32,000 nucleotides of DNA from Nitrososphaeraceae archaeon. Its GTDB lineage: Archaea > Thermoproteota > Nitrososphaeria > Nitrososphaerales > Nitrososphaeraceae. The notes under the pieces are model-generated. The model made no database searches and had not been told where the DNA came from. It was given only the letters and a program-made list of their open reading frames with translations. Each line of letters starts with the position of its first letter. Position 1 is the first letter of the stretch. Both the position numbers and the translations under genes were made by a program. Where the stretch lies: assembly GCA_035250975.1 (NCBI GenBank), contig DATFEP010000064.1, positions 63,811 through 95,810 of the forward strand, in the 5' to 3' direction. Shown piece after piece: positions 29,976 to 32,000 of this stretch.

Positions 29976-31369
29976 ATGGTCAATAACATAATACAAACAA
30001 TCAATCCTCCTATTAATAAAGTTCTTGCCGAATATGAAGTTGAAGATGAACAAGATGTATCAGATATTATTGATAAATCTAAAAAAACATTTGATGGATG
30101 GAAAGATGACGTTCATACTAGACGAGATGTATTATATACTGTTTCAAAGGAACTAAAAAAACACAGAGAAGAACTTGCTAAAATTGCCACAAACGAAATG
30201 AGTAAGCCAATAAAAGAGGCAAGGGCAGAAGTAGAAAAATGTGCTACTGCAAGGGAATTTTATGCATATAATGGAGAAATATACCTACATGAAGAATCTA
30301 TCAATACAGATGCTAATAAAAGCATAATAAAATTTGAACCTCTTGGTGTAATCGGAAGCATAATGCCTTGGAATTTTCCTTACTGGCAAGCATTGAGATT
30401 TGCTGCACCATGTTTAATGGCTGGAAATACAATTGTTCTCAAACCAGCTAGCAATACTATACAATGTGGTATCGAAATAGAAAAACTATTTCAGAAAGTA
30501 GGATTAGATAATGTTTTTCAGACACTGATAGGAAATTATCATGTTGCAGAATATCTTATAGATTCTAATGTTAACGGTATAACATTTACTGGAAGTGTAG
30601 ATGTTGGTGCCAAAGTTGCAAAGAGAGCGACCGCTCAATTAAAAAAATGTGTTTTGGAGCTAGGTGGAAGCGACCCTTTTATAGTATGCAAAGACGCAGA
30701 TGTGGAAAAAGCCTCAACAGGAGCTGTAAAGGGGCGATTTATAAATTGCGGCCAAAGTTGTATTGCATCAAAACGATTTTTTATTGTAAGAGAAATAGCT
30801 GATGAATTTATCGAAAAATTTGTCCAAAAAACAGAGAAATTAAGAATAGGAACCCAATGTCTGGAGAGACCGATATTGGTCCTCGGGTAAACTCAAAAAG
30901 TCTTGAGAATATAGACGAACTTGTTAAAGATGCCTTAAATAATGGTGCAGAACTTGTTATTGGAGGTGAAAAAATAGAAAGTAAAGGATTTTTTTATAAA
31001 CCGACAATATTAAAGAATATTTCTGATGGTTCTAGGATCGCAAAGGAAGAAACATTTGGACCTGTTGCCCCAATAACTATTGTAAATGATGAAATAGAAG
31101 CTATAGGACTGGCAAATGACTCGCAATTCGGATTAGGCGCGAGCATATGGACTTATGACCTAGAAAAAGCGGAGAAACTAGCAAATTGGATGCAATCAGG
31201 CATAGTAACAGTGAACAATGTCGTTATTTCCGATCCGAGAATCCCTTTCGGAGGAATCAAAAAGAGTGGTTTTGGAAGGGAACTTTCAAGATACGGTATG
31301 TTAGAATTTATAAATGTTAAATCCATTAGGTTTTATGATGAGCTTGTAGTAAATCATTATGTGGAGTGA
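29976..31369 (+). pseudogene. Aldehyde dehydrogenase (succinate-semialdehyde dehydrogenase-like), interrupted by a -1 frameshift
   Basis: ORF 29976..30890 has FEPLGVIGSIMPWNFPYWQ, FTGSVDVGAKVA, LELGGSDPFIV, NCGQSCIASKRFF; ORF 30857..31369 continues MSGETDIGPRVNSKS...KEETFGPVAPI...PFGGIKKSGFGRELSRYG. Frames join near 30851-30856 if one base is missing. Confidence 0.85.
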
Positions 31370-31374
31370 TATAG

Positions 31375-32000
31375 ATGGCAAATCAAGGTTTGGAAAATGT
31401 CTTACTCCTACAAGGAGGAGGTTCATTGGGTGCTTTTGGTTGTGGAGTTTACAAAGCACTTGCAAAAAATAAAATTAATATAGATATTCTTGCTGGAACT
31501 TCAATCGGTGGAGTAAATGCAGCAATAATTGCTGGAAGCAAGAGTGACAGACCAGAAAAAACATTGGAAGAATTTTGGTTAGAACTTGGAGAAAATTCAA
31601 TAAATTTAGACACTTACTTTTCCCCATTGTCATCACTTATGGATTACGATTCCTTATCTAGTTACCTAAATTCAAAAGAAAACTGTTCAAATTATAGATC
31701 ATTGTTATCGTTTTATAGCTCGTCCTTTTATGGAAACAATGCAATGTTTCTACCTCATGGAGATCGGATTTGACACCTAATTCATCAGATTCTATTGATC
31801 CTATACATTGGACATATGTGTACGACAATTCACCTTTAGAAAGGACTCTAGAAAAATACGTTGACTATGAGAAGCTGAATCCTACAGGAAAACCAAATGG
31901 GCGTCTAATAATCACTGCTGTAAATGTATTAACAGCTGAACCATTAACATTTGATAGTTCTAAACAAAAAATCACATCCAAACATATACTCGCTACGTCT
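31375..32000 (+). pseudogene. Patatin-like phospholipase, interrupted by a -1 frameshift and cut by the window edge
   Basis: LLLQGGGSLGAFGCGVYKAL and LAGTSIGGVNAAIIAG (GxSxG). Frame 31375..31773 ends ...NNAMFLPHGDRI*; from about 31755 another frame reads SWRSDLTPNSSDSIDPIHWTYVYDNSPLERTLEKYVDYEKLNPTGKPNGRLIITAVNV to the edge. Confidence 0.8.

Noticed and set aside
1-32000. CRISPR array or cas/defence operon
   Set aside because: No regularly spaced direct repeats and no Cas or known defence effector were seen; the CARF-wHTH gene is isolated.

Overview
The window is AT-rich archaeal chromosome. Inference from protein families and gene style: an ammonia-oxidising archaeon of the Nitrososphaeria/Thaumarchaeota, possibly Nitrosocosmicus-like. 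No rRNA, confident tRNA, CRISPR array or cas operon was found by eye. Recognisable genes, in order: hypE ([NiFe]-hydrogenase maturation) followed tightly by two small unknown genes; a class II aldolase; a metallophosphoesterase; a four-CBS-domain protein with an unusual basic C-terminal domain; AMP phosphorylase (deoA-like); a VIT1/CCC1-type transporter; a double-rhodanese plus metallo-beta-lactamase protein; several cupredoxin/secreted proteins; a small CBS protein; a two-domain NirK-like multicopper protein that appears to lack its catalytic/type-2 Cu histidines; a Dps-like ferritin with a CxxxE motif; a DUF3179 protein; an NDH-2-type oxidoreductase fused to N-terminal transmembrane helices and a C2H2-like finger; an orphan CARF-wHTH regulator; an IS6-type insertion sequence; a large cupredoxin protein; and, at the right edge, a frameshifted aldehyde dehydrogenase next to a frameshifted patatin-like gene. 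I found no convincing new multi-gene defence or mobile system. The best leads are the NirK-like protein without T2 ligands, the CBS plus HPF-like fusion, the membrane/zinc-finger/NDH-2 fusion, the rhodanese-rhodanese-MBL fusion, the orphan CARF protein, the gene pair behind hypE, and the paired -1 frameshifts.
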